This document shows, piece by piece, positions 24,401 to 36,951 of a stretch of 64,000 nucleotides of DNA (the first letter of the stretch is position 1; each line of letters opens with the position of its first letter). Under the pieces are notes generated by a model. The model saw nothing but the letters and a program-made list of their open reading frames with translations. It was not told the DNA's origin and did no database searches. Position numbers and translations under genes: made by a program. The DNA is from Paecilomyces variotii. Lineage: Eukaryota. Where the stretch lies: the NCBI GenBank assembly GCA_004022145.1, contig RCNU01000022.1; one strand, 5' to 3'.

Positions 24401-25797
24401 GAAGAGGGTCGCCTGTGATGCCTGCCGCAAGCGACGAATTCGATGCCGTCACAAGGATGAGCAGAACGACGCCTCATTCATGAAGACATATACCAAGCAG
24501 ATGGCGGTCGATCAATTTGGCCCCGGTGTCGGTATGCAGAGCCAGACTAATCTAGCACACGATGCTGCTTCTGTATTGAATTCCCTTGCTACAATCGCGA
24601 CTGAAGCAGCCTTCCATAATGGCGGCAACGCGGCAAGGCTCGAGACTCTTGGGAAGCATAACTCGTCTCTTATCGGCGTTCCTGGTGCAGGGCTTGTCAA
24701 GGGAGCCGATTTGGTTGCAGATGGTCCAAATTCTGCAAAAAAGGGACGGAGCAAGGCATGCGACGAGTGTCGAAAAAGCAAGGTCGGTGATCACCTTTAT
24801 ATTCCCTTACTGCGTTCTGTGTACTGACTGGAGTGAGTAGCGTCGTTGCATACATGATGAGTACGGCAGAATCGATCCAGTTAAAGCCCAGGAGCGATCG
24901 AAACCTCGTGGCTCGAATGCCGCAAAGCGCCCACGACCGGGTGAGGAGGGTGCCGCTTCATCACCCAACAAGAAATTGAAGCAAGGGACGGAGCCCGAAA
25001 TGGTCCTACCAGTGACCTGGGGAGAAGGAGAGCCTCAGACGTCCCAGCCAGCTGCAGGGCTGGCTGCTCCAGAAATCCGAGCGGAAGCTCATCCTAACGA
25101 TGATCTTTCCAACATTGATCCGCTCCTCCAGGATCACTCCCAGTTCGAAATAGGACATGGGCTTTCGATGAGCCAGAATTCGTACGCCTCTCCGCCTGCT
25201 CTGAAGCCAGACACGGTGGTATCTAGCGAGGTCACATCGGTGCCAGTGCATGCAGAGCCGACTACTTCTCTTGTTTCGCCGCCCACTTCGCTCGCAGACG
25301 ATATGGATGTCTCGTTAGACCATCCTGATGCCAACATGCGGGCTTCTATTGAAGAGGGACAGGGAGGAGAAAACTCCGCGTTGCACACACCAACCTCAAG
25401 CTCCCGCCACTCCTCCCGTCAGCCACGCCAGATCGAGCGGTATGTACTGGATTCCCAGCCGCCTAAAGCTGCATCCCAGCCGTCGTCGGCGCATCGACCG
25501 TCTTCCAGCACGGCAGGGTCTGTGGCACGTAGGGCGACTCCTGCTCCTCAGTCTGCCAGCAAGAAGCCATCCTCACGGCCGTCATCATCTCATGCAAAGA
25601 AAAGCCATTCGCCTGCCGTTGATAAGAAATCGGACCGAAGCGCCGTCTCGTCAGCGTCCCCGGGTCAACTTGGCAAGAGTATGAAACGCGACCAGGCGAC
25701 CTTCGCGGAGCTGGAGGCGGATGCAGAGAGCTTGCGATTGATCCGAGAACTCCAGGAACAGGATTTTGGATTGCGCAAGCGGGGTACAAGGGTTTAG
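21405..25797 (+). CDS. JHD1: PHD + JmjC histone demethylase (JHDM1/KDM2-like)
   Basis: PHD finger CAAC...WINCDGCKQWFHIVC...FICRPC and JmjC core YTDFHIDFGGSSVYYH...IPSGWIHAVWTP. Intron 24783-24840. Confidence 0.92.
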
Positions 25798-26483
25798 TGA
25801 CACATATAGCAGTAACACCCCCTATGGGGTTGTCCGTCGCTAGTCTGTTTTCTCGTTTCCTATGTTTATCGACAGCCACGGTCCTTTATCTGATATCCCT
25901 CTTGCTTCTTGTTTGTTCTTTTTCGTCTCATTTCTTTTCTGTTTTGCGTTGTACTGGGTTATGGTTCTCACATGGATGGTGGGAGTGCATCTTAGAATTT
26001 CCCCCTTTTTTTTTAATCGGTCTGGTGTCTCTTCATAATCCGGGTTTGTGCCGTTGATGGCGACATCCCATAGGCAGGTTTACGGTTGCGGCGTTTCATG
26101 GGGCGGATATTGTCATTTTTGGGTTCTTTCCTTTTCATCTACCACTTTCTCTATTATACCTCCGTCTGCGTGTGTCGTGGATTGCTCTTCTTAATCTGTG
26201 TCCTGTTTTTCCCGATTAATATGGTCTTTGAGAATCCATACTGTCCGTCTATATCGCAACCCGCTAGTCCTGGTCCACTTGTAAGCAGTCGACACCATCT
26301 CGAGAAGCATCCCCGCCTATTTCTCTAGACAATTCACGAGAAGTAGAAAGTAACAGAGTTTCCACTAGCCTGACATCTCCAGGTGACCAGAGGTAATTAT
26401 CATTAGCTACTTTCTAGCAGTCCAGCATTGCACGGAGGATACAGCTTGTGGTCGGAGCAGCAGCCATTATTGGTGGGTTGAGC

Positions 26484-26733
26484 TGATAAGTCGATAAGTT
26501 ACCGTCGCCGGCCTGACATCAGTGGTTTGGTTTAGTAGATGTTAGTGAGATGTGCATATGATCAGATCAGCCACCGATCTTATTATGATCCTCATGCAGC
26601 AAGAGAACTCTGTTTCAATCTGAGACCAACTGATATATCTGGCTGATGTTTCTGATCATAATTGACTGCCAGCTAATTACTCAAGTAGTTGGCGGGGGAA
26701 CAAAGAAAGAGTCTGTGACGCTTGTTTCACGTG
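26484..26733. promoter_or_regulatory. Tandem GATA sites and an E-box upstream of ATG22
   Basis: TGATAAG at 26484-26490, CGATAAG at 26492-26498 and TCACGTG at 26727-26733. Confidence 0.4.
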
Positions 26734-27057
26734 CGGCTTCGCTAGCTTCAGATCGAACCGGTTAAGATCGGTGAGGTCTCTCTTGTGTGCTTGTGTGAAT
26801 ACAACCACCAGCATTCTATTATCCGGGTGTTGTTATATATATTATATCACCAAAAAGTAATAACAGTATGTATTCCAACTGAGACATTCCACAATGCTTC
26901 AGTTTCCCCCTCTACTGACCCCGGCCCGCTCCGGCACCCCTCATGGCTCCTGTCTGCTGTCGCGAACCTGGACGAGTTTCCTCAACCTGCTGAAAGCAGC
27001 GTCTCATCGCGCGAGTAATTAAGGACAGGGTCATTTGGTCCCTGTGCCTCTCTCGCG

Positions 27058-29293
27058 ATGGTCTGTTGTCCAGCATATGCACGCACTCCTTTTGCTGCTT
27101 CCCCCGATGATGTACACTACATATCCATTGGTCGTCCCGCTAGCTGACATGGCTGCTGCCTGTGTTTCCAGGGAACCCAGAATTATCATCGTGTCCAATC
27201 GTCCTCGCCTGCTCTCCAGACGACACCACAAGGGACCATCCGTGCCGGTGCCTCGTCATTCACTTCTTGGGCGCCGTCCTCCGATGCCGACGACGAAGAT
27301 TCCTCTCTAGACCATGCACGTTACGATATGCAGGACGACTTTCCAGAAGAGCAGCTCCTGCTACCGCAGTATCCGGGCGATGACACCAGACCGACGAGCA
27401 AGAAAGAGCTAGCAGGATGGTACAGCTATGGATGGGCAGCGGAGGTCTTCACTGTGTGTGCTATGGGTACGGTCTTGATTCCCTTGATGATTGCTGTATG
27501 CCTTCCAGCAATTGAGTATGGGAACTCTCTCGTGCTGATATACTTGTCTTTGTGCAGGCTCCTTTCTTCCCATGACTTTGGAACAGATGGCCCGCGATCG
27601 AGGAGTTCTGCTATCCGACAAGACCACGCCATGTAGTGCTTCGTGGAACAGCGCCCCGAAGTCTTCCCCCGTGAGCGCTTCGGAACTGCTATCGGCCTGG
27701 GAAAACCACCATGATCCCAAAACCGGTGCTTGCGTCGTCTACTTCCTGGGCCTTGAAATCAACACTGCGAGCTTTGCTATGTATACATTTTCAGTAAGCG
27801 TGCTGATCCAATCATTGCTTATCATCTCCATGTCTGGGGCAGCAGACCATGGAAGTTATCGCAAGTTTCTGCTTGTCGTGTTCGCCCTCCTGGGTTCGAC
27901 CGCTACCATGTTGTTCCTGGCAGTTGTGCCCAATGTGTATCTTCTTGGGTCTTTGTTTGCGATCATCGCAAACACGTGCTTTGGAGCGTCCTTTGTGCTT
28001 TTGAATTCATTCCTGCCGCTTCTGGTCCGACATCATCCGTCGGTGACCAAAAGCACGGTCGACGCTGCGGTGGATGCTGGGGTAGAAGGCTCCTACTCAG
28101 AAGAGCCGGAGGGGGGGCATGGCACCGAGACTGTCACCGAGGCCAACGTCACGACGCCGCTCTTACAAGCGAGTCGAGCCAACGGTGGACCAGCAGAGCA
28201 GAATGAGGACATTGCAGAGCCAGTCAGTACTGCACCAGAGTTGCAGCTGTCTACTCAAATCTCATCGAACGGCATTGGTATTGGGTACATCGCGGCGGTC
28301 ATCCTCCAGGGTCTATGTATCCTGGTCGTCAAGTTTACCGGCCAGACAACGTTCTCCCTACGACTTGTTCTCTTCATGATCGGAGCGTGGTGGTTTGTCT
28401 TCACCATCCCTGCCGTCATTTGGCTACGGCCGCGGCCTGGGCCTCCCCTGCCGTTTGCCTTCCGAGATAAGAAACGTGGCTCCTGGGTCGGATATATGGG
28501 TTATGCGTGGGCCTCACTTGGCAAAACCATTTTACGCGCACGCAGACTTAAAGATATCCTACTCTTCCTTGCCGCATGGTTCCTCCTAAGTGATGGCATC
28601 GCTACGGTGAGCGGGACCGCCGTGCTCTTTGCCAAGACACAGCTGGGGATGCAACCTGCTTCGTTGGGTCTGATCAACGTTGTTGCAATGATATCGGGTG
28701 TCTTGGGAGCCTTCTCGTGGAGTCGAGTTTCCCGCTTGCTAGGCCTGCGGCCGTCACAGACCATCATCGCATGCATCTGCTTGTTCGAACTTATTCCGAT
28801 CTACGGCATGTTAGGTTTCATCCCCGCTGTGCAGAGGCAGGGCACCTTTGGACTGCAGAACCCGTGGGAAATGTTTCCGTTGGGTGCAGTGTACGGTCTC
28901 GTCATGGGCGGTCTGTCCTCCTATTGCCGCAGCTTCTTCGGCGAGCTCGTTCCGCCGGGCTATGAAGCTGCCTTTTACGCTCTCTATGCTATTACGGACA
29001 AGGGATCGAGCGTGTTCGGGCCGGCTGTGGTGGGAGCCATTACCGATCGGTACGGCGAAATCCGACCAGCGTTTGTGTTCCTGGCTGTCCTGATCCTCTT
29101 GCCGCTGCCGCTGATGCTCCTGGTCGACGTGGACCGGGGCAGACAGGATGCCTTGGACCTGGCGGCCGAGTTGGAGGGACGGCAGAAAGGACATGCCTAT
29201 CGGGCAGTTCCTACGATCCAGCTCGTCGATGAAGAAAACGGAGAGGAGCCGCCGATGGGCGACCACTACGGGGCTCCTGGGCCTGGAATGTGA
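27058..29293 (+). CDS. ATG22: Autophagy-related vacuolar amino-acid effluxer Atg22 (MFS)
   Basis: [53 protein letters not shown] and [17 protein letters not shown] motifs. The start is uncertain: an ATG-only first coding exon plus intron 27061-27171, or ATG 27328. Second intron at about 27467-27557. Confidence 0.9.
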
Positions 29294-29621
29294 ATACTAA
29301 TATATAGTGAGCCAAGCGTATTTCCAGCGATCTACTTTATTTCAGATGTCTTGTGTTACGTTCTGCGTATTACTGTCATTTCAGTTTGGGGAGTTCGTCC
29401 TTCTTTTCGTATAGAGTCATGAAGAAAATCTGTCGGTAATGAATCAATCTCCACATAGCATACTTATTTGTACTCTACTCCTTCTCCCTTCGTAGGATAA
29501 CCGTCCCTGGATATACTCGAGGTCCTCTCCCATTACAGCGGTGGGGCTGATGTCTTACCCGTTGCATGAGGTTTCTCAGTTATTATATAATTATTTGTAT
29601 TTGCAAGGCACAGTGCTGCGT

Positions 29622-29645
29622 CCCTAGCTAGCTAGCTAGCTAGGG
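29622..29645. repeat. Perfect 24-bp palindrome CCC(TAGC)4TAGGG
   Basis: ccctagctagctagctagctaggg is its own reverse complement. Confidence 0.9.
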
Positions 29646-30673
29646 CGCTGTCGCCCGCACGAGGGGGGGGGTCTTATCCAACGTGTCTCCTCGCTTTGCT
29701 ATCGACCGTAGCTTCAGACTAAAGCATGCAGTACATTCCTGGTCCACCAGATGGGCACTCGCGTCAGGATCTTGCCGAATTGGCTCCGGAATGATGGGAT
29801 CTACTCCGTATACTGGAACAGTGCCACAAGGGACCATCGCGATATCCTTGGGATATCCTGCAAGATGGATAAGTCGAAGTATGATCGTACAGGTTGGTAG
29901 TGCCAGTGCCAGTACTGTACATATCTATCTCCTGTGTATGAAGTATTGTATTGCTGTATTTCTGGCTGGGTTGGAGTGGGCTGATGATCTCTCAACACCA
30001 ACTAACTAAATCAGCTCAACGCATGGAGTTTCATACCTAGAATCGGCCCTCAATGTGCTGAGTGAGCATAAGCACTATGTATGATTATTAGTTAGTTATT
30101 TGATATTAGTTATTATTGATTAACAGTCTCTTGTGTTCAGCTCCTTGCGGCGGTCTTTCTTCTCGGTCGCACAGCGGGTCACAGCGGCTCGGCCAGTCAG
30201 ATCGACCAGAAAGAACAAACTGGCCTCATCGCCTAAACAAAGGATGCCTCCTCCCATCTAACCAGCATTCCTCCCTCTCGTCGTTTTTCTTTTAATCCTT
30301 TTTCTCTCTTTTCTCTTTATTACAACCATCTTGTTTCTTCACCTCCTTGTATTCTTTCTCAGTATCTACTTCTCCCTCGTTCCCTTGTCATCGTGTGCCG
30401 TGGACAAGGTGGAGAGAGAAAGATAGTTGGCCAACTACCTAGCTAAGCTACCCCGTTGCCGCTCTTAGCTTGGGGAAAGCAATATAAGCTGTTCCCATCC
30501 AGTTTGATATTGTTATTGTCTATCTCCCCCCCCCATCCTCCATCCAGCTCGTGTACCACTGGCCTCTGGTCACGACTGCTCTGTGGATTGTTTCAAATCT
30601 GTGAATCGTCTTATCAGCTGCTGAGTTGACTTGATTTGATCCGTTTTCTTTTTCTTAATATTTATAATCAACC

Positions 30674-32417
30674 ATGCGGTCTTTCGCCCATTTGGCGCTG
30701 GGTCTGCTCGGAGCGGCTGCCGTCGCGTCTGCCGCTGATGCAGTGTCCGATGTCCATTCGCTGAACAAGGACAACTTTGAGGATTTCGTCAAGGAGCATG
30801 ATCTCGTGCTGGCGGAGTTCTTTGCCCCCTGGTGCGGTCACTGCAAGGCTCTGGCCCCCGAGTATGAAATCGCCGCTACGGAGCTGAAGGAGAAGGATAT
30901 TCCTCTGGTCAAGGTCGACTGTACCGAGGAGTCGGATCTCTGCAAGGACTATGGCGTCGAGGGTTATCCTACCCTGAAGATCTTCCGTGGTACGGACTCG
31001 ATCAAGCCTTACCAGGGAGCTCGCAAGTCTGGAGCGTAAGTGGTTTCTTGTCGTGTTTATTTCTTTATTTTTTTTTATCTTTCTTACGAAAGAGGGCTAA
31101 TCGGTCTGTTTTCGCATGCAGTATCGTCTCCTACATGATCAAGCAGTCCCTGCCGGCCGTCTCTCCGGTCACTGAGGCGAACCTGGAGGAGGTCAAGGCT
31201 ATGGACAAGATTGTTATTATCGGATACATCGCCCCCGATGACAAGGCTTCCAACGAGACTTTCACTACTCTGGCGGAGTCTCTGCGGGATGTCTACGTCT
31301 TCGCGGGCAGCAACGACGCCGCTCTCGCCAAGGCAGAGGGTGTCAAGCAGCCGGCCATCGTTCTCTACAAGGACTTTGACGAGAAGAAGGCCGTTTTCGA
31401 CGGCAAGTTCGAGAAGGACGACATCATCAGCTGGGCTAAGACCGCCAGCACCCCTCTCGTGGGCGAGGTTGGCCCTGACACTTACGCGGGATACATGTCG
31501 GTATGTACAAGATTACTCGGGGTGTGATACGTGAGGTTCACCTTGGCTAACAATGATCGTGAATTTAGGCTGGCATTCCTCTGGCCTACATCTTCGCTGA
31601 GACCCCCGAGGAGCGCAAGCAGTTCGCTGAGGACTTCAAGCCCATCGCTGAGAAGCACCGCGGCGCGATCAACATTGCTACCATCGATGCTAAGGCTTTC
31701 GGTGCTCACGCCAACAACCTGAACCTGGACCCCGAGAAGTTCCCTGCATTCGCCATTCAGGACACCGTCAAGGCTTCCAAGTACCCGTACGACCAGTCGA
31801 AGAAGATTGAAGCCAAGGAGGTTGGCAAGTTCATCCAGAAGGTCCTGGACGGCAAGGTTGAGCCCAGCGTCAAGTCTGAGCCCATCCCCGAGAAGCAGGA
31901 GGGTCCCGTCACCGTCGTTGTCGCCCACACCTACCAGGACCTGGTCATTGACAACGACAAGGATGTCCTGGTCGAGTTCTATGCCCCCTGGTGTGGACAC
32001 TGCAAGGCGTAAGGAGTCCCTGATAGTCTCGTCCCTCAACCTGGCATCTTGCTAACTTCGTGTGACAGTCTCGCTCCCAAGTACGAGGAGCTCGGACAGC
32101 TCTACGCTGGGAACCCTGACCTCGCCGACAAGGTGACCATCGCCAAGATCGATGCCACCGCCAACGATATCCCCGAGCCCATCCAGGGCTTCCCCACCAT
32201 CAAGATCTTCCCTGCCGGCGCCAAGGACTCTCCCATTGAGTATGCTGGAGACCGCACCGTTGAGGACCTCGCCGACTTCATCAAGGAGAACGGCAAGTAC
32301 AAGGCTGATGCCCTCGCCGCTGCGACCGAGAAGCCCCAGGAGGGCGGCGACGTCACCAACGCCCCGTCCGAGGCGACCGTTGTCCCTGATGAGCCCGTGG
32401 AGCATGATGAGCTGTGA
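30674..32417 (+). CDS. pdiA: Protein disulfide isomerase
   Basis: Signal peptide, two APWCGHCK active sites and C-terminal HDEL. Three introns. Confidence 0.97.
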
Positions 32418-33060
32418 ATGTACCATAGACCCAAATGTTATGTGGGTTTTTGATGTGAGAAATTATATCATGTATTGTCTTTTTTTCCCTCTCCAATATA
32501 GGGCCGCGGGTACTTATGGCCAATATGAATTGAATCGAATCCAAACAATAAATCTCTGAGGTTACAATCCTTTTTTTTTCTCTTTTACTTTATCTATATC
32601 CTATGGAAATTGGAATGGCAATTTGTACGAGATGACTTCAAGGGTTATGTTTTGTAAAACTTCTCCTTCCTATTGTTACTATGATGAATACTGGAAATGA
32701 AATCTTCAAATAAATATATATACTTATTCAATGGGCGAGTTCGAGATCTTCTAAAAACTGTACTTTCAGTAAAATTAATGGTATTGTATGTATTATACAC
32801 AGACATAAAAGACCTAGAATGTTGTGACAACGCCGCCTCCAAAACGCCTACCTGGCCCAGGGACAGTGGAACTGACATATCAAGACATAATATAATAACC
32901 GAAAGGTATCTATCCATCCGAAGTAAAAAGAAAACAACAAATCGGGGCCCAGATTTTCAACTTTCGCATACGATAGACATTTCTGGTGCGTTCTGATATC
33001 TGACTCTTCTTTTCGAAAATTTTATGCATGGTTGAAATGCATCATGCGTGCGAGAGAAGT

Positions 33061-34542
33061 TTATTCCTTTTTCTCTTCTTCTTCTTGTGTATTCTCGGTT
33101 GTTTCTGGCGGGACGTTTTCTTTAATGTTATTCTCGCTTGACTTGTCCTTATCCTTGTCTGATTCAGCGGCGGCTAATGCTTCGAGAGCTTCGAGGTCAT
33201 CCTCATCATCGTAGATGTCGCCTGAGTTAGAAGTTTCGGGCTTTAGGTTTGCACTCTTCTCCTCGGTGGTGGTTGAGGTCTTGGATTCTGAGATGGTCTT
33301 TTTCTCATTCTCGGCAGCTGGAGAGGTTGAGATGGCTGCCGTAGTGACTGTGGTTGTTTTCTTGGAGAGGATTGTTGTTCCTTTGGTCAGTGCCCAGTCG
33401 ATAGGGCCATCTTCGCCGTATCTCTGCGTTAGCCATTCATTGCATTTCTTGAAATGGCCGCAGGTGAACTGAAAAAAAAAAAAGTTCTCACGGGTTAGTT
33501 GGTGCTGTGTAATGGTATGTTGGTTGGGGTGGGGGAAGAGCAAACTCACAAATCCATTACGAGCACTAAACGGACTCGGGTGAACGCATTGCAGTACGCA
33601 GTGCCTTTCTCTGTTGATGCCAGCTACTCGCTTCCCTGCTGGAGTGCCCCATGCTAGAAAGACTACTCCATGGGTGCGGACTTTGGCCACTATATCCAGA
33701 CACTTTTGTGTGAATCTCTCCCAGCCTTTACCCTGATGGCTGTTGGCAGCGTGGACACGAACAGTCAGGCAAGTGTTCAGCATCAGGACGCCACGCTCAG
33801 CCCAGGGGGTCAGGAGACCACCCTTGTTTGGAGGCGGTTGGAATGAAGGATAATCATTCTTGAGCGCAATGTAGATGTTTGCGAGGGATGGGGGAGCAGG
33901 CGTGGGCGGGCGAACAGAAAAGCAAAGGCCGTGAGCTTGGTTGTAGTTATGGTACGGGTCCTGGCCGACAATGACGGCCTTGACCGTGTGCAGGGGAGTA
34001 TGGCGAGACCTGAGATACGAGTTAGAAAAAAAATGTAGAAAATAAATAAATACTACAATAGGTAGTAGGACTGCGTTTTTTTACCAGGAGTAGATGTCTT
34101 CCTCTGGTGGAAAGACCGTTACGCCCGCATCTTTCTCCTTCTTGAGGAACCGCTTCAGGTTGAGGAACTCCGGAGTAACCAGCTCATCCTTGAGATGTGC
34201 CAGCCAACTCACGTCCAATGTATCAATCTCCAATTGCAGAAGCTCCTTTTGCTCTGGGGTGAGCGAGTCAACCCACTTGTCCTTGTTGAACTTGGAAACC
34301 GCAGGAGAAGGGGAGTTGGTCACTTCCACCCTGGGCTTCGGGGCCCCGAAAAACGATGTGATACTCCCATTAGCCTTGGGTTTCTTGGTACTGTCTGGTG
34401 AACTTGATAAATGGTTCGCATTTCGCTTGACACCCAGTGTGTTACTCATGATGATCACTGGTCGGCGGCGGAGCTGAGAAGAGTAGGACACGGGGTGTGA
34501 TGAACGCGGGAGTAGTGAAATTGGATGGAAGAAAACACGCAT
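33061..34542 (-). CDS. UNG1: Uracil-DNA glycosylase
   Basis: VIVGQDPYH, AHGLCFSV, PPSLANIY, GVLMLNTCLTV and HPSPFS motifs. Introns 34010-34084 and 33469-33549. In-frame ATGs at 34542 and 34449. Confidence 0.93.
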
Positions 34543-34871
34543 GCAGATGTTGAGGTTGCCAGAAGGCCTGTTCAACCCCAGAATAGATGATGGGATTAAG
34601 ATGCTGCTTGTTGTATCAAGATTCTCTGATAAGGATAAGGGATTCGCTTCTCCCGAACGCGTCGAGTCGCGTTCTTCGCGTAAAGTGCACTTTTTCCACG
34701 CACCCAAAGGTTCGTGGCCTCAGGCGGAAAGAAGGCAACGAGGCATTCATTCATTACACTTTACTAGTTGGGGATCATCCATACTACTTAAGACTATCAG
34801 TATTCATTATTGCAACGATGTATGTGTCCAGATGCTAAACATCACGCAAAAAGATCCATATAGGTGCTGTC

Positions 34872-36951
34872 ATGATGGAGCTCACTTGGTTGGCGGATAC
34901 CCCTCAGTCTCGCCGTCGTTCGAGAGCAGCAAAAGCATGTTCAAACTGTCAAAGGAAAAAGGTGCATAGATGAATCGAATCCTCATCACGTTCGCTAATT
35001 CGGAAGCAAGAAACGTTGTCGTCACCTCTCGACTTCTTTTACAGGAAGTAGCAACATACGGAGACGGGCTGAGCATGGAGGTCCTATACCCAGCAGTCAA
35101 GTTGGGGATAGCAGCCGTGTAGCTGGCGATCAACAGCTAGACTCTGTCGCAGAGGTGATGCACCACAGGCCCAGTCATTCTGACATCTCCACAACTCATT
35201 CTGCCCTTCCCAGATCTACTCGCTTCGTTGGAGATCTGAATCCAGAAGCTGTATTACTCGGGAAACTAGATGAAGCTTCCCAGGTCCGACGCAACCGGAT
35301 CGGCCTATGGGTGAGCCCTTCGGACAGACAGGATGAAGAGAGAAACATACCTTCATCTGTGACGACTGCTTCTCGGTCGTTGGAGCCATTTGCTAGATCG
35401 CCCCTCGATAAAGGCTCTGTGTTTCTCTCTCTCCATCAAAGATACCTTGCAGCCATTGAATCATGCCAGCCACTGCCTGCTTCAACGCAGGAACATCTGG
35501 TCAGCATCTACTTCTCCAAAATTAACTCCATTCTTCCTTTGCTCGAGGAGGATCTCTTCCTACGAGACTGTCGCAACGCAAATGTCTCGGTGCTGCTTGT
35601 AAGAGCAATGTGTCTCGTTGCTGCTAAGAACGGGGCAGCACGATCCCACCTGCGGCTCAAAGATACTGGACCATGTCTCACACCACGCGAATTTTGTTCT
35701 GAGCTATATAAAGGTTTGGCCTCCGCCGTGAGTTTCGAGGTAGAAGCGGACAGGATCTCCAGAATACAGATACTGGCCTTACTGTCGTTACATTGCGAGG
35801 GCTTTGAAGGAGCGGAGACAGCGTCAATGCATCTATGCCATGCCCTCCATCAGGCTCAGACGGTGGGGTTACATCTCAGTCATCCAGGAAGAGCGGTGGA
35901 TGATCATCTTGCCAGACTTTTCTGGTGCTTATGGAGTCTAGATAAGCTTCATGCAAGCATAGGAGGTCGTCCAATACTCATGGCAGACCGTGATATCGGC
36001 ATCGACAAGCCCAGTACCAAGGGCTCTGGTCGCCATTCAGCCTTCGGTGTCTGGCTTGATACCGCTGATCTTTTAGCTTCCGTCATATCTCTCTACAGGC
36101 CATCTTTGCATTCTGATCCTGCATGGGAAGGTGACTTCCCTAGTTTCGAAAATGTCATGGGAAACGGCTTACGAGACCACCTTAATTCAGCAACAGTCGG
36201 TTTGTTCATGGTCCGTATGGAATACCATCTAGATTATAAACTAATTCCTATAGGCCTTCTGGAGCTCTTTTACCACGCTGTCAGTATACTCTCATGCAGA
36301 TCCGGATCATCCGGCCCTGGACCTTCCCGGTCCTCTCTTACGCGTCGTGATACCTCGGCTGCTTGTATATGCTCTATTATGGCAAGTGATTGGGCGCGCG
36401 AGCTGCCACCGCTTCCTATCGTTCCCTATGCAATCTCCCTTTCTATGAGCGTTTCATATCAGCAACTCCGCCAAGGCGATTCTGATATACCCTTCGATCG
36501 AGCCAAAAATAACATGGAATTCTGTTGTTCGTTTCTGGAAGAATTGAGTATGTATTGGGACTCTGCAAATGCAATGTTCCGGCTAGGACGGAGAGCCCTT
36601 AAGCAGATTGAAGATGCACGAGCCAGACCGTATGAGGCAACAGCGCATCAATCACGGGTGCCACTGGTTCCCTCGTCTAGGCGACATGTCGTTCATGATG
36701 AGGTATTGTCAGAGACCACGAAACCGACAACTCCTGAGCAGGAAGCAGATCACGTTGCGACCGACCTCAACATAGAAGATCCATCTTCAGGACGAACGGA
36801 CCTTGCTCCAACCGGCGGACCCTCCTCTCTGGACGAAGGCTTCGATAGAGGTAACTTTGAGGACATCGACACTCTTTTTGGAGAATATTTGGATCTCTCG
36901 CTGCCTACCAACTTCTGGGACCCTATGTTTATGGTAGAGGAAAACACCTAG
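34872..36951 (+). CDS. Fungal-specific transcription factor (Fungal_trans/MHR domain) with a truncated Zn-cluster-like N-terminus
   Basis: Exon 1 RAAKACSNCQRKK, intron 34962-35010, then KRCRH. RFVGDLNPE, IYFSKINSILPLL, AQTVGLHL and RLFWCLWSLDK...GRP are middle-homology-region motifs. Probable in-frame intron 36200-36253. Confidence 0.85.
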
